This document shows, piece after piece, positions 1 to 16,020 of a DNA stretch of 64,000 nt. Source of the DNA: the human T2T-CHM13v2.0 reference genome, Homo sapiens. The translations under genes and the position numbers were made by a program. Position 1 is the stretch's first letter, and each line of letters opens with the position of its first letter. The stretch is taken from assembly GCF_009914755.1 (NCBI RefSeq), contig NC_060927.1. One strand, given 5' to 3'. Below the pieces are notes generated by a model. The model was not told where the DNA came from. It ran no database searches and saw only the letters and a program-made list of their open reading frames with translations.

Positions 1-236
1 CAACAATCTTCTTGGAAAATTATGTGAAGCTGCTGCCCTTACATTCAGTGTCCTGTGACTTTCATCTGTCTATTTATGGGAAAGTGGTACAGCCACAATG
101 ATATCAGATTGAGTTAGTTAAACTTCTCCCGGGTCAATAGTTTGTTCAGTTACTGATGTGTAGTGTCTCAATTGACAGATTCAGGGAGCCCATACTAATA
201 GTTTAATGAATTATATTAGGAATATAAGTAACTCAA

Positions 237-816
237 TGACAGAGAAGGAAGGAAGAAACCAGTCAGGCAGGGTAGGTCTTCATTAAAACACCTTCAAACC
301 AAGAACAGCCTGAAAATCAAGCTGTAGGCCCCAGATAAGAAAGAGCCCACACCAGCAAAACTCCTTCACTTCAGCTCCTTCACTTCAGACCCTGACTGGT
401 CCTGGATCAAGCTCCGGGGCCAAGCCCTCACTTCAGCCCCTGATTTGTCCCAGGCCAATGTCCCATGCCATGCCTTCACTTCAGCCCAAAGTGGTCTTTT
501 ACACTATGGTGCCTCTTTCTGGGTGGTGCTTTCTTCAAGACAGTCCACAGACCAGTTAACACACTCCTGTCCCTTCACAGTCTGCAAAATTTCTGAACTT
601 AGCCCCACAGCTAGCAACCCTCTTTCGGGTCCCCTCTCTTTGCTGAGAGTTTTCTGTTGCTTAATAAATTCAAATATTCCTTACTCACTATCTGGTGTCT
701 GTGTGCCTTATTCTTCTTGGTCATGGGACAGGAATCAGGAGCTCACCTGCAGTGGGAGTAAAAGAGCTGTAACACTCCCCTCCCACCCACTGCACAAGAA
801 CAAAAAAGTTGCAACA
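237..816 (+). mobile_element. Solo ERV1-class LTR (MER61-like; subfamily uncertain)
   Basis: Begins TGACAGAGAAGG and ends GTTGCAACA (TG...CA termini). Contains repeated CTTCACTTCAG/CTGATTGG-like U3 units at 361-490 and AATAAA near 663. Confidence 0.7.
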
Positions 817-924
817 CCATGACATTGGAAAACGTCAAAGAGAATTATTTCTTATGTTTCTATAAAGACCAATTTACAACATCTATTTAGAGACAGATGA
901 AGGGATCACACACACACCAAATTC

Positions 925-974
925 TGGTTTTTTGTTTGTTTGTTTGTTTTGTTTTTACTTTGATTGTTTTGTTT
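925..974. repeat. (TTTG)n simple repeat
   Basis: Direct reading. Confidence 0.8.
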
Positions 975-2673
975 CGGAATGCTGGAAGTAGGCAACTGGG
1001 ATCTATCCCAGGAGAGAAATGTACATACTCTTGCAAATGCCTCTCCCTTTCTCTCCCCATCCAAGAAAAGGATTCTTCATAATTTGGAATAAAGACTGTC
1101 ATTGGTTATACTAAGGGGAAGTATAAGAAGACCCCAAAAGGAGGACTCACATCTTAAACCTATAATACAACTATGTTGGGAAGACTTTCAATGAAGCCCA
1201 ATAAATAAATAAGCCCACATGAGCTGGAAAGAATAATGTATTGGAAAAACATTCTCCTCTTTAATATCCTAAGATGCTACCATTGGTCATTTGTTTCTTT
1301 GTGAACGAGGCTTCCCTACTGTATTTTGGGATTGAAATGATAATGGGATACTTAGGGTAAAGTCTTCCCATTATTATTTTTCTTCTAGTGAAGGAATTTT
1401 ATTTTCTGTGGTATTTAATTTTACTTTAGAATTTAAATAGGTCTACCACACTGCAGTAAAAATGCATAGATAACAGAATTAATCAAAATAACTTGGAAGA
1501 ATAAAATGTGGCATAAAATCTTAACATAGCTGAGAGTTTTAAGTTATTCTGTAGAGGAGGGTGAGGAAAAAAAACAGTTTTGGAAAATTACCATAAAACA
1601 TTGAAAGTAAAATAAGGAATGTTTTTGATATAGCTTCAAGGAATAATCACATGTTTTTACTTACAGTAAGATTTCATAAATTCTTATTTCATTACAATAC
1701 TGTATTTTATAAAAAAAAACTGAACACCACACAAATATCTGTAACTTAAAAAATATTCGTTGTTACCCGAGCTTTAGTACTATAATATTTAGCAAAAAAA
1801 AAAAAATGACTATAGCTGATGACTTTATGTCATTAGCTACCCCTGAAGTTGCTGAAAAAATGAAGTGTTAAGAGATAAAGTTGGAATTTGGTAGAAGACT
1901 CCAGGAATAAAGGTATTTATTTGTGGCGGGGAGGGGATATCTGTCAGATCTCTATAGTGCAGAGAATTTTACAGAGGTGACCTGACACTCTTTTCCATCA
2001 AAGCAATGAGTGGCAAACTCTCTCAGCTGGATATCTGGACTTTGTGAGTCTTTATCTTCACCAATATAAAATCTATCATGTAGTCAAATTATGATATTAT
2101 TTTAATATTTTAGTGCCAGAAGACTGATGCATATTTACAAACTAAGTCAGCTGGCTGAATTACACAACAGAATTTTATAATTTTAAAAGAAAGAAAGGAA
2201 AAGGCACTATAGGCAATAAAACACTATGAAGTTGTGGTCAAAATAATTAAGTCACTTGTACTGTGTTCACCCTTAATGAAAGTATGCATAATCCTCTCTA
2301 TCAACTAATAAAACCTTGTATGGAACGCCTAAGCCTGCTACAGATAGGTGGTAACATTAATCCTCTGTTGTGAGAAATAATTAAACTTCAGTAAATTACT
2401 CTAAAACCAAGCACCAAAAACATATCAAAGAGATTATAAACTACAAAAAAGGGCACTTTGTGGTGTGGGTTTAAAAGATGATGTAGCCAAATTAGAAGAC
2501 TTACAATGGAAATTGTAGCTATTTTCCTATTCAGTATTATTTCACCCTACAATAACTTTAACCATTTTCAATTAATGTGGGGTGTGCCTCTCAAAGCAAT
2601 TTTAGGGTATGTCTTGTTTAATGCACATTAAAGACCAAAAAACTTGTCTAAGTTGCATGATAAAAAATGTTCA

Positions 2674-2907
<234 letters not shown>

Positions 2908-3715
2908 CTAGCATTTCCAGAACTTTGTCAGAATGTTCAATGCTTACTGAAATAATTCCTGTGACCTTTCCTACTCTACCTAAAATTCTAAATAAATTTG
3001 GGGAAGGGAAGCTTATGGAATGGAGTGGTGTGGGGTAAAACATTCAAATAAATATGCCTGACAATTGAATTGAAAATTTTTGCTTGTTTATATATATAGT
3101 ATATACTGAGAATCACTGGGCAGGTAAATTAAAGTGATTATAAAATCTGGGTTTATGGTTACATAATAATCATTGTTTAAGTAAATTGATGTTATAAGAT
3201 TGCCAAGTGCTTAAAATAATTTATCAAGCAAAGTTGACATGGGGCCTTGAAAGTAGAATGCTGAAGCCAAATAAGAAAAAGATACATAAATATTACAACC
3301 TTTTCAATTTCAAGCCTCTACTTGACAATAATACAAGACACATCATTAATCTAACAATCCTCTAATGCCCAGCCTTGCACTCACACTCCATACTTATTCC
3401 AAATTTTACACTTTTATTGAAGAAACATAATAGTGCAATAGAAAATTTAAATTTTACACTTTAAACAATAAAAAGAAAATGATGCTATTGAAGAAACTAA
3501 CAGTGTTGTATGGGAAAAACTTAGAAATTCTTCTAGAATCCAAAAACAATGATAAATGGTATAAAATATGCCAATGATGAATAAAATAATGTTTTTGATG
3601 AAATAAGAATAAATCGAAGTATATTCTAAGATATAATAGAAGAAAACACATTTAAGGTGAAAATCTGAGACAAAAAGTCTCAGAAGCGAATTTTTGCCTC
3701 CAGATAGTAAATGGA

Positions 3716-5967
3716 TGATATTGTTTGGCTCTGTGTCTCCATCAAAATCACCCCTTAAATTGTAATCTTCATAATCATGTCAAGGGTGAGAGCAGGTGGA
3801 GGTAATTGGATCATGGGGGTGGTTTCTCCCATGTGTTCTCATGATAATGAGTGAATCTCACAAGATCTGATGATTTTATAAGCGTCTGGCATTTTCCCTG
3901 CTTGTATTCACTCTGTCCAACCACCCTGTGAAGAAGGTGCCTGCTTCTCCTTTGCCTTCTGCCATGATTGTAAGTTTCCTGAGGCCTCCCCAGCAATGAG
4001 GAACTGTGAGTCAATTAAAACTCTTTCCTTTATAAATTATCCAGTCTCAGGTATTTCTTCATAGCAGTGTGAGAGCAGACTAATACAGTAAATTGGTACT
4101 GAGGTAGTGGGGAGCTGCTGTAAAGATACCTGAAAACGTAGAAGCAACTTTGGAACTGTCTAACAGACAGAGGTTGAAACAGTTTGGAGGGCTCAGAAGA
4201 AGACAGAATAATGTGAGGAACTTCCTAGAGATTTGTTGAATGGTTTTCACCAAAATGCTGATAGTGATATGGACAATGAAGTCCAGGCTGAGGTGGTCTC
4301 AGATGGAGATGAGGAACTTCTTGAGAACTGGGACAAATGTGACTCTTGCTATGCTTTAGCAAAGAGACTGGTGGCATTTTGCCCCTGCCCTACAGATCTG
4401 TGAAACTTTGAACTTGAGAGGCTTGATTTAGGATATCTGGTGGAAGAAATTTCTAAGCAGCAAAGCATTCAAGAGGTGACAGAGCATAAAAGTTTGGAAA
4501 ATTTGCAGCCAGACAATATAGTAGAAAAGAAAAACCCATTTTCTGGGGAGAAATTCAAGCTGGCTACAGAAATTTGCATAAGTAACAAGGAGCTGAATGC
4601 TAATCACCAGGACAAGGAGGAAAATGTCTCCAGGGCATGTAAAGACCTTTGTAGTAGCCCCTCCCATCACAGGCCCAGAGGACTAGGAGGGGAAAATGAT
4701 TTAATGGGCTGGGTCCAGGGCCCCCATGCTCTGTGCAGCCTTGGGACATGGTGTCCTGCACCCCAGCTGCTTCAACTCCAGCCATGGCCAAAAGGGGCCA
4801 AGGTACAGCTCAAGCCATGCCTCAGAGGGTGCAAGCCCCAAGCCTTGGCAGTTTCCACATGGTATTAAGCCTGTGGGTGCATGTAAGTCAACAATTGAGG
4901 TTTAGGAAACTCTGCCTAGATTTCAAAGGATAAGAAGTTTGCTGCAGGAGCTGAGCCCTCATGGAGAATCCGTACCAGGGCAGTGGAGAAGGGAAATGTG
5001 GGGTTGGAGCCTCACACAGAGTCCCCACTAGGGCATTGACTAGTGGAGCTATGAGAAAAGGGCCACCGTCCTCCAGACCCCAGAATGGCTGATCCACCAA
5101 AAGCTTGCACCATGTGCCTGGAAAAGCCACAGACACTCAACGCCAGCCTGTGAAAGCAATGGGAGTGGGGCTGTACTCTGCAAACCACAGGAGCAGAGCT
5201 TCCCAAGGCCATGGGAGCCCACCTCTTGCATCAGCATGCCCTGATGTGAGACAGAGTCAAAGGAGATCATTTTGGAACTTTAAGGTTTAATGACTGCCCT
5301 ATTCGATTTTGGACTTGCATGTGGCCTATATCCCCTTTGTTCTGGCCAATTTATCCCATTTGTAATGGGTGTATTTATCCAATGACTGTACCCCCATCAT
5401 ATCTAGGAAGTAACTAACTTGCTTTTGATTATGTAGGCTCATAGATGGAAGGGACTTGCCTTGTCTCAGATGAGACTTTGGACTGTGGACTTTTGAGTTA
5501 ATGCTGGAATGAGTTAAGACTTTGGGGAACTATTGGAAGAGCATGATTGTGTTTTGAAATGTGAGGATATGAGATTTGGGAGGGTCCAGGGGCAGAATGA
5601 TATGGTTTGGCTTGGCTGTGTGCCCCCACTCAATTCTCACCTTGAATTGTAATCCCCAGAATACCCAAGTGTCAAGTGCAGGGCCAAGTGGAGGTAATTG
5701 GATCAGTTTCCCCTATGCTTGTGATAATAAGTGAGTTTCACAAGGTCTGATGGTTTTATAAGCATCGTGCATTTCCCTAGCTTGCACTCACTCCATTTTA
5801 CCACCCTGTGAAGAAGGTGCCTGCTTCTCCTTTGCCTTCCACCATGATTGTAAGTTTCCTGAAGCCTCCCCAGTAATGCAGAACTGTGAGTCAATTAATC
5901 CTCTTTCCTTTATAAATTACCCAGTCTTGGGTATTTCTTCATAGCAGTGTGAAAATGAACTAATACA
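3716..5967 (+). mobile_element. Full-length THE1D MaLR provirus (5' LTR 3716-4087, internal 4088-5597, 3' LTR 5598-5967)
   Basis: Two TGATAT...CTAATACA LTRs flank THE1-int sequence. Perfect 5-bp TSD ATGGA at 3711-3715 and 5968-5972. Confidence 0.95.
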
Positions 5968-7700
5968 ATGGAGTAGATTGCAAAAAATACTCAACTGAAA
6001 ACAATTTAGAAGTCAATATAATACAAACATCACATATGTAAAGTTACTGGACAGCTAATGAATCAAGCAGGACCAAAAGTGCTGATTCAAAATGAAATGA
6101 CCTTTGCTATCTGCTTTCTCTAGGGCATCTTCTTATTCTGAACACTGGCAAGAGATCAAGAATGTGGGCTTTTAATGAGTAGAAGGTTCCTCATAAGGAG
6201 GAAAGAAACAGCAAAAAATAGTCTTGAAAAGTGGGAATATGAGACTTCAGGTGCCTCATACCCATGTCTGTTTTCTTATCAAAATACTTTCTCAATGCTG
6301 AAGTTGTATGTGTGGGAAACTAAAGAAATAAACCACAAACCTCTGTGTTCATTTACTATTGCTGCTATAAAACCACCACAAATTTAGTGGGTTAAAACAA
6401 CACAAATTTCTTATCTCACAGTTTTGGAGCTCAGAAGTTTATAAAGGGGTCTCACTGGATTAAATTCAAAGTAGCAGGTATGCATACCTTCCTTGCAGGT
6501 TTAGAAGAGAATGTGTTTTTATTCCTATTCAGTTTCTAGGGGCTATCTACATTTTTTGGCTCATAAACCCCTTCCATCTCAAAACCTAGCAATGGCTGGT
6601 TGAGTCTCACAAGGGAATCACTCAGGTTCTGACTCTTCTGCCTCCCTCTTTTCTAATTGTGGACCCTTGTGATTACATTGGGCCCACTTGAATAATCCAG
6701 TATAATCTCCTTATCTTAAATTCAGCTGATTAGCAAACACAATTCCTTCTTGCCACATAACATAACAAATTAATGGGTTCTGGTGATTATAATATGGACA
6801 TCTTTGGGGGTACAGTATTTTGGCTTATCATCACCTCTGAAAATCCGAACAGTTTTCTGCTGGGAAAATGGATTCAATTCAAGACCTCCAATGAGAACAC
6901 ACCCTGTAGAATACTTCAGCCTCTCAACTAAAAACCCAAAAAAGCAGACTGCATTTCAGAAATGGAGGCCAGAGGTTGACTGACTTTTGTCTAAACAGTA
7001 ACTCAACCCAATTCAGATATCCTTCGATTTGAGATATTCAGCCTCCACTCTGTCTAGGAGAAGAAAGGAGAAGAAACCCTCTCTAGCAGAAAATAACATC
7101 CTCTTGAGCTTCTATAATTTTTAGACACTACTTCTCACATGCATTCAAAAATTACTGGGCATGTTAAGAGACAGTGCCATATGACCAAAAACCAAAAAAG
7201 GAAAAGAAACAAAAGCATGGATGATTTAGACATTGACATTAGCAGACAAAAGCTTTGAAATAACTATGAGCAAATTGTGTAATGAAATAGATAAAAGGAA
7301 AGAATTATAATCAGTCTTCCTTCTGAAAATACAGTATCTCAAATTGAGAATTTATAGATGGGTTACTGTAGAAGACAGTGTTAGTTAACTCAGATTGACA
7401 GAAAATATCTACATTCTGTAAGCAGACTAAAGAGAAATTTCCTCCAAAGTGATGATATTTTTAGGCAAACAAAAAGCTGAGAGACTTCATTATCATCAGA
7501 CGTGTGCTGAGAGCAATATTATAAGGAGCTGTTATTGCAAAAGGAAAATCTGATGGAAAAGTAGAATACAGGAAAAGAATAAAGAGAAAGAGAATGAGAA
7601 ATTTGTGGAGCCGAATCAATAAATATATACATACATACTATAACATAGAAGTAAGTGTTTTAATCACATTAACAACAAAATGAAAATAAGATATTTTTAA
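5968..7700 (+). mobile_element. Highly decayed ancient L1M 5'UTR/ORF1 region, interrupted by MLT1D
   Basis: ORF1-like motifs at 7230-7560 (ATTAGCAGACAAAAGCTTTGAAATAACTATG; AAACAAAAAGCTGAGAGACTTCATTATCATCAGAC). Boundaries are approximate. Confidence 0.55.
6344..6832 (-). mobile_element. MLT1D solo LTR (ERVL-MaLR)
   Basis: AAAACAACACAAATTTCTTATCTCACAG...GGACCCTTGTGATTACATTGGGCCCAC...GGACATCTTTGGGGG. 5-bp TSD ACCTC at 6339-6343 and 6833-6837. Confidence 0.88.
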
Positions 7701-8199
7701 AAATGCAATGACCCTCTATACAAGTCATTTTGAAGGTCATAACATTTAGACAAATGGAAAGGTAGAACATACTTTTGGGAAAATATTTAACATTTATTAT
7801 CATAAAAATACTCATTTACAGTTAATAAAAAATAATTATTTGTAAATCAGACAAAAGAGAAGAAAATCAGTTTTACAATATAAAAATACTTAAAAACTAG
7901 TATTGTTTAAAATAAAATGACATTAAGCATATTTTCTAATAAAATTTACACATTAAATAATAAAAACAAAATACCTCAACTATCTTTTTACTGAAACAAT
8001 TGGCCACAATATATAATATCTAAGTAATGGATGTTATATTCAAAGTGGCATTATTTGGGAAGCCTACAGAAACTAGAAATATTATACATTGGGAATCTTT
8101 TTTTATAATGTAAGTCATTGAAGGCATAGATTACTATAGATATAGAAGGAAGAACAAAGGAAAGTAGGGCTGTAATGAAAATGAAGTAAAACAAAAAGC

Positions 8200-8420
8200 A
8201 AGGTACAATCAATATGTGTAATATAAATATGTTTATGTAAGTTTTCCGGAAGTATATACAGGAAACTGCTGAAGATCTTTACTTTTTAGTAATGAAGCTC
8301 AGGCTAGGGGGAACTTTCTTAAAAATGAGTAAAAATTATTTTTTTATTCTTCATTTTAAATGCTTTTGTATTTTTAAAAAAGCTGTCACTTTGAAAATAA
8401 TAATTTCAATAAAAAGAAAG
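8200..8420 (+). mobile_element. Possible L1ME 3' UTR fragment
   Basis: CCGGAAGTATATACAGGAAACTG motif followed by a T-rich then AATAAAA end. Confidence 0.35.
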
Positions 8421-9350
8421 ATGAATAGAAAATGCAAAGGGTATATTAAATTTTGTGTCACTTTGGAGTTATTTGCTGGACAGTGTGATGAGAAAATATT
8501 TAAAGATATCCTCAGCAGTACTGGAATATGATGTGGATACAACTGAAGTGGTACTTCACTCGTGAGTGGGGCTTATTCATGAGAAATGTGATGGGCCACA
8601 GAAACCTGGCCTGAAAAACCAACTAGCTCGAGACTTTTCCCAACCCTCAAATAACTGTTCAGTTTAGTGTCAAAGTTTCACTGTGAAGCAGCACATGGAG
8701 GAATGGCCGTCATTGATATGCACTGCTTGTTTTCTAGAAATCAAACTTGAGCTCACAAGAGCAGCTGACAATAATGGATGTTTTAGTGGGTAAGTGTAGT
8801 CTTGGCGTGAGATCTTGTCTTTATATCTTCCTGCATTATAACCTACCGTAACCTAATGTAACATTAAAACATCTCAAAAAAAGACAATCTGGAGCTCTAA
8901 AAAATTTAATAGACCATGAAATAATGTGGTTTCCTTAGGGACAGAACGGGATGTAGTCATCTTGGTATTAAATCGCATTTTCTTTCATTTGATCAGTGGT
9001 TTAAGTGTCGAACAAGAAAAAAAGACTTCAGGTAAAAACTTCCCTTACATTTAATACAATTTGCCCCCTACATTCACATTTTGAATACCCTAAAGAAAGA
9101 AAAGAAAATATCACTAGTGGAAATATGATAGAAAATTAAAATTAAAGATACAGTAAACATACTTAAGAAATTCTGGAGTTTTTTTAGGTCTATTTTTTTC
9201 TGTGATGTTACTGTGTAACATCAATATATTTCCAAAGGAGTAAAAAAAAAGTCAAAGCAAAAACAGAAACAAAATCTGTGTATTCCATGGCTTAAAGAGA
9301 ACTACCACCATCAGGAAAAACTGTAATACTTCTGAACTTCAATCTACTAA

Positions 9351-9648
9351 ATGTATTTATTTATTTATTTAGACAGTCTCACTCTGTCACCCAGGCTGAA
9401 GTGCAGTAGTATGATCTTGGGTCACTGCAAACTCTGCTTCACAGGCTCAAGCGATTCTCATGATTCAGCCTCCCAAGTAGCTGGGATTACAGGCATGTGT
9501 CAGCACGCCTGGCTATTTTTTGTGTTTTTAGTAGAGATGGGGTTTCACCACGTTGGCCAGGCTGGTCTCTAAGCCCTGGCCTCAAGTGATCCACTCACAG
9601 TGGCTTCCCAAAGTGCTGGGATTATAGGCATGAGCCACTGTACCCATC
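9351..9648 (-). mobile_element. Alu (AluJb/Sz-type)
   Basis: Complete reverse Alu with a (TATT)n tail. TSD AATCTACT at 9341-9348 and 9651-9658. Confidence 0.95.
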
Positions 9649-9938
9649 AAAATCTACTGTGTTTAAACACTGACAGGAAAAGATAAGGAGGACCTGTAAT
9701 GTCATTCTACTCTATTGATAGAGGAACGCAGATTCCTTTCCTTCTGCTCCTCGCCATTTTAAAATTACTCATTTTGGAACTCGGGATGAAACCCTGAATG
9801 AAGGAAAAAGGAAGTAAAAATGATGGAGAGCCAAAGAACATGGTATGAGGGATATTTTGTGGTGAGACTTTGAATTTAGGCAGTTCTTTTCATTTAGCAA
9901 ATGCCGGGGTACAATAGAAGAAGGAGAAAGTCAGTTGC

Positions 9939-10300
9939 TGATATGGTTTGGCCCTGTGTCCCCACCCAAATGTCATGTTAGTTTGTAATCCCCAATACTG
10001 GGGGAGGGACCTGGTGGGAGGTGATTAGATTATGGAGGCAAATTTCCCCTGTTGTTATCGTGATAGTGAATTATTACCAGATCTGGTTGTTTGCAAGTGT
10101 GTAACACTTCCCCCTTTGCTTTCTCTCTCTCCCATCACCATGTGAAGATGTACCTGCTTCCCCTTCGCCTTCCACCATGATTATAAGTTTCCTGAGGCTT
10201 CTTCAGCCATGCAGAACTATTAGTCAAGTAAACCTCTTTTCTTCATGAATTACCCAGTCTCAGGTAGTCCTTTATAGCAATGTGAGAATGTACTAATACA
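9939..10300 (+). mobile_element. MSTA solo LTR (MaLR)
   Basis: TGATATGGTTTGG...TACTAATACA termini. TSD GTTGC/GTTGA. Confidence 0.9.
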
Positions 10301-10418
10301 GTTGATATGTATTTATCCTATGGTCAAGGGAATGAGATAAAGGGGCCCTATGGATTTAAATTGTCCAATACTGCTCACCAGACTGTGAAAGAAAGTGATG
10401 AAGGTTTAACAATAAAGA

Positions 10419-10570
10419 TATATGTGTGTGTGTGTGTATGTGTATAGCTATATAAAAACTATATATAGTATACATGTATATAGTATACATGTGTACATAT
10501 ATACACACACATCTTTATTGTTACACATTTATCACTTGTGTGTACACACACACACACACACACAGACATA
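10419..10570. repeat. Compound (TG)n/(TA)n/(CA)n microsatellite
   Basis: Direct reading. Confidence 0.85.
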
Positions 10571-11962
10571 TGCAAAACATATGTAGAAAAGTGTATAAAA
10601 CTTTTTTCCTTACCAATAACTTTTTCTCAACCAATCTAAGTCCCCATCCTCCATACAGGAAGAAGCTATTTCTGTTAAACAGAAATTTTGATAAGCCATG
10701 TAGAGTAGTATATCAGAGATCAAAGAGGCACTCTTAAGTGACCATTGATGCTCCCAGACAAAGTGACAATTGATGAGCCTATCTATCATTTGAATGGAGA
10801 ATATAAGGTGAAATCAGAGCAGAATTATTCAAAACCTGAGAAACAAGTTTATATTACACGTAAGGGAGGAAGAAAGAGAAATGAGATGGCTAGTGAACTT
10901 GAGACAAAAAAATCCACAATCCTGAGAAAGCATATTAAGTTTTGCACTTGGGTACATAGTGAAATCTTGCTATTCTCCTTCTATATAAAATCTCATTAAA
11001 ACAGCATTATTTGCTAATGCATTGTGATGTTAAATGTGTTTAGAATAGTGAGTAGAGTATCCAGGTGGTTTGGAGTGAAGTGGAGACCATCTGTAAGAGC
11101 GTTGTCACATTTTGGTTATGCAGGGGCAGAAGTTCTGTTCAGTAAAACACTTAGGCAATGTTTTCCTATTCCTCCTCTTCCCAGACACAGAGCAGCCTTG
11201 CTCTCTCCCTTCCATTCCTGTCAAAGCTGCTCTAAGGAAAGGCTTTGACACTGATCAGTTACAACATAGTATGAATTAAACATAGTGTGCTCTTTTTGAG
11301 GTAGTGTCACTAAAAATGTTACTTGAATCATGAAATGAAATGTACCCATGCCTACTTTACATAGCACTAGATATCAGTGAGATACACAAATCTTTTGATA
11401 GAATTATATATTTAGGATAAGAAACAAGTAAACCTTTCTATTCTACTTCTTAAACAATTCTTTTCAACAGCTTATTATTAATGTCACACTAACTCAATAT
11501 AATCAATCAATCCCTACACTGCCTGGGAAGAGAAGTTGGATTTCCAGAGTATTATTTGATCTGAGAACCTCATGTGAGATTTACCAGAATCCACCAGCAA
11601 GACGCCATCTCCACTGAGTGGGGTTAGAATTTACAGTAGGAACACCAGTTATCCTGCAACTTGTAGTGTGCCCTTCCCAAAAAAGTGAGTAATGTTGAAA
11701 TTTAGGAATTCCAACTCCCACCATTTCACTCTCAATCCCATTTCTCAATGACTTTAGTTGTGCAAAGTTAACTCTTCAAAAGGGAAGTGTGGTTTCTTGT
11801 CTTTTCTCCCCTTGGGAAATTCTTCTTTTCTAGGAAAAAGGGGAAAAATTAACAGTTCTCTTAGACACAGCTGATTATTTTATAAATCAAACATCCAGAA
11901 GAAGTATAGCATGTTCACTGTAAAAGGCCTTATGTTGGTACTATTTTTCTTACTGCCTTTGA

Positions 11963-13367
<1,405 letters not shown>

Positions 13368-14256
13368 AAAAAGTTAAATGATTTAATTTTCATAATCAAA
13401 ATATACATGCTGCCAAGGTATAAAGACAGTGGAAATTTGACCATCACCGCATTCTAAAGAATTTTTCCCATTTTCTATCTGTAGATTAATTAAATCCAAA
13501 AGGAAATTTGAATTTAAATTTTGATAAAGTAAAATCCTATTACTAAAGTTTTTAAATCATCCTCAAGGTGAAAAAATAACAAAAAAATTGAAAATAGGAA
13601 CAGTTTTAGTCAAACAGATGGCAAAAGTCTTTACAAACACCAATTAAAGTTTTCATTTGTTCTTGAATTGTGCAAGTAGGTCATTTAGATAATCCATTTT
13701 ATGTCCTTGCAATCTTTATTAATCTTGATTTTCAGAATATTTTTAATTATCTCCATTATGCAAGAGCTTCTAGACTCCCTTGTATGCCTAATTTTATGAA
13801 CAAGATAACTGTTGTTAAATTTTTGCTAAAGGCCAGACATCAAAAACAGTCAACTAAATTAGATAGTAAATAGCTAAATTTCTGGGACTCCATGGAGCTT
13901 CTTGAAAGAAAAGATCCAAAGCAAAACTGGGCCTACATTTGGTGAACCAAATCAAAGCACTCTTGGCATTAAAAATCACTGGGAACTGCAGAGAAATGTG
14001 CTTGACTTGCATAACTTGTAATAATCTGCCATAAGTATTATGACTTACATTGAATTTCTACAAATAATTGTGAAGGAGTTTCACTACAAAGGAAAAACAA
14101 AATGTGAAATGTTAGAATATCACTAATTATATTGATAATTATACAAGCTCTAATATTTTAGATTAGTGGTAAATTTTAACAGCTGTTATTCCTCATGTTT
14201 CAGGAAATACCAATTAATCAGTAGAAATTACATATTGTATCACGTTTTATAAATAG

Positions 14257-14517
14257 TTTTTTCTTTTAGAGAGTTGGAGTCTTGTCCTATTTCCCAAGCT
14301 GGAGTACAGTGGCATGATCATAACCCACTGCAACCTGGAACTCCTGGGCTCAAGTGATCCTCCCACCTCCGCCTGCCATGTAGCTGTACAGACATGAGTA
14401 ACCATGCCTGACTAAAACCTTTTAAATTTTTGTAGAGATGAGGTCTCACTATCTACCCAGGCTGGTCTCAAACTCCTGGCCTCAAACAATCTTTCTGCCT
14501 CAGCCTCCCAAGTAGTA
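14257..14517 (-). mobile_element. AluJ (Jo/Jr-type), lacking about 30 bp of the 5' end
   Basis: GATCATAACCCACTGCAACC, CTCCTGGGCTCAAGTGATCCTCCC. Probable TSD ATAAATAGTTTT/ACAAATAGCTTT. Confidence 0.9.
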
Positions 14518-15469
14518 CAAATAGCTTTTGACAAAATCGTGCATTCTATTATCTCACTAATTTCCTTTGCTAATTTTTGTAGAGACTCTTGAAATAACTT
14601 TATTAATTTGTTTATGCACTAATAATTTTTTGAATTGATACATAAAAATGTTATGATCACTAATGCTATACATTCAGTTAGTTAATATTAACTGGGATTA
14701 ATTTATTTCCAAAACATATCTACAAATTAGATTACAATTTTTGCACTAAAGTGACTTGTCATTGAGATTTATTTAAGGCCAATTATTCCTTCAATTGATA
14801 CAGTGCTATGAAAATCTTTTATAATCCATATTTCAAAAATTTGAGATTATTTTACAATGAACAGCGATAATGATCCTCAAGAAGATCATTAAAGAAATAA
14901 TCCATTCTTAGTGTCGTCTTCAGATACATGAAGACTCAAAGATCGTTCAAGGCAATTCTAGTTAAGTGTGAGTTTACTTCTCTTTTACTTCACAGTACTT
15001 CAGGCTCTTGGATTTTTTTTTCCCAGAGTTAATAGGGCTAAGTTTTCTAAGTGGCAAAAATATGGCCTTCATAGAGATACTTGAAAATCATACTGAATTT
15101 GTTTTGGCTTTTATAGTCAGAGAAATAAATATAAATAAATGAATGCACATACACATATACTTCCACATACACTAATTGTTCTATCATATTTTTAACTGTT
15201 ATACATTAAACCCAAATTTTCTTCTGACCTTTGTTTATATTGAAGTGATTCAAAACATACAAACCCTTCAGAAATATCTCAATATTTCAGAATTGTTGTA
15301 AAAAAGATGAATAATATATAAACACCTGTAAAGTAGTTAAAATATTAAAATAAATAATCAAAGTTTTCCCTGAAAGAGAGGTTGTCAAATACTTCTTATA
15401 TGAGATTCAAAAATATCCACTTTTTTTTCTTCTTCCATTCCCAAAGGTAACGTACTAATGAGCCTGGTC

Positions 15470-15550
15470 AGCAGTTTGAGGTGGCAATGAGCTATGATCG
15501 TGACACTGCACTCCAGTCGGGGCGACAGAGTGAGACCCTATCTTAAAAAA
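15470..15550 (+). mobile_element. Severely 5'-truncated AluJ/FLAM-type 3' end
   Basis: GAGCTATGATCGTGACACTGCACTCCAG...GAGACCCTATCTTAAAAAA. TSD ATGAGCCTGGTC/ATGAGCCTGATC. Confidence 0.85.
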
Positions 15551-16020
15551 CATGAGCCTGATCTAGGATTTTCTGTACTCAACTGACACTGACTCCCTCT
15601 GTGCACATATCTGCTATCGCTCCAAACAACCAAAATCTATGATGAAATCTAATACTAGTTCCCTTTGTTTTACATTTGCCCATCCTTCTAAACTGTACAT
15701 GTGACTAGAATTTAGTCTTATGTAATAAATTTGCAGCCACAGGTTGAAAAATCATAAAAGAAGATCATTTGAGTTTGAGTTTTCTCTTAAAGACTTGGGT
15801 ATTTATATTAAAACAAATGTCAAAGAAATATAGGCATATCAAATACACTTCTCATAGAATTTTAAGATTATTTTAAATATATATTTATTGTAGAAATGTT
15901 AACACCATACAATAAAATTTACCTCTGCCTTAATACTTACTTCAAAGTGCCCAAGAATTTAATAAAATATATCCTGCATATAATTCATAGTTGTTTAAAA
16001 AATTGTGTTAAAACATGATA

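Noticed and set aside
361-490. Spaced CTTCACTTCAG repeats resembling a CRISPR-like array
   Set aside because: These are U3 enhancer repeats inside an LTR in eukaryotic DNA, with irregular spacing and no cas genes.
445-822. 125-aa ORF
   Set aside because: Lies wholly within a solo LTR, starts at TTG, and resembles no protein I recognise.
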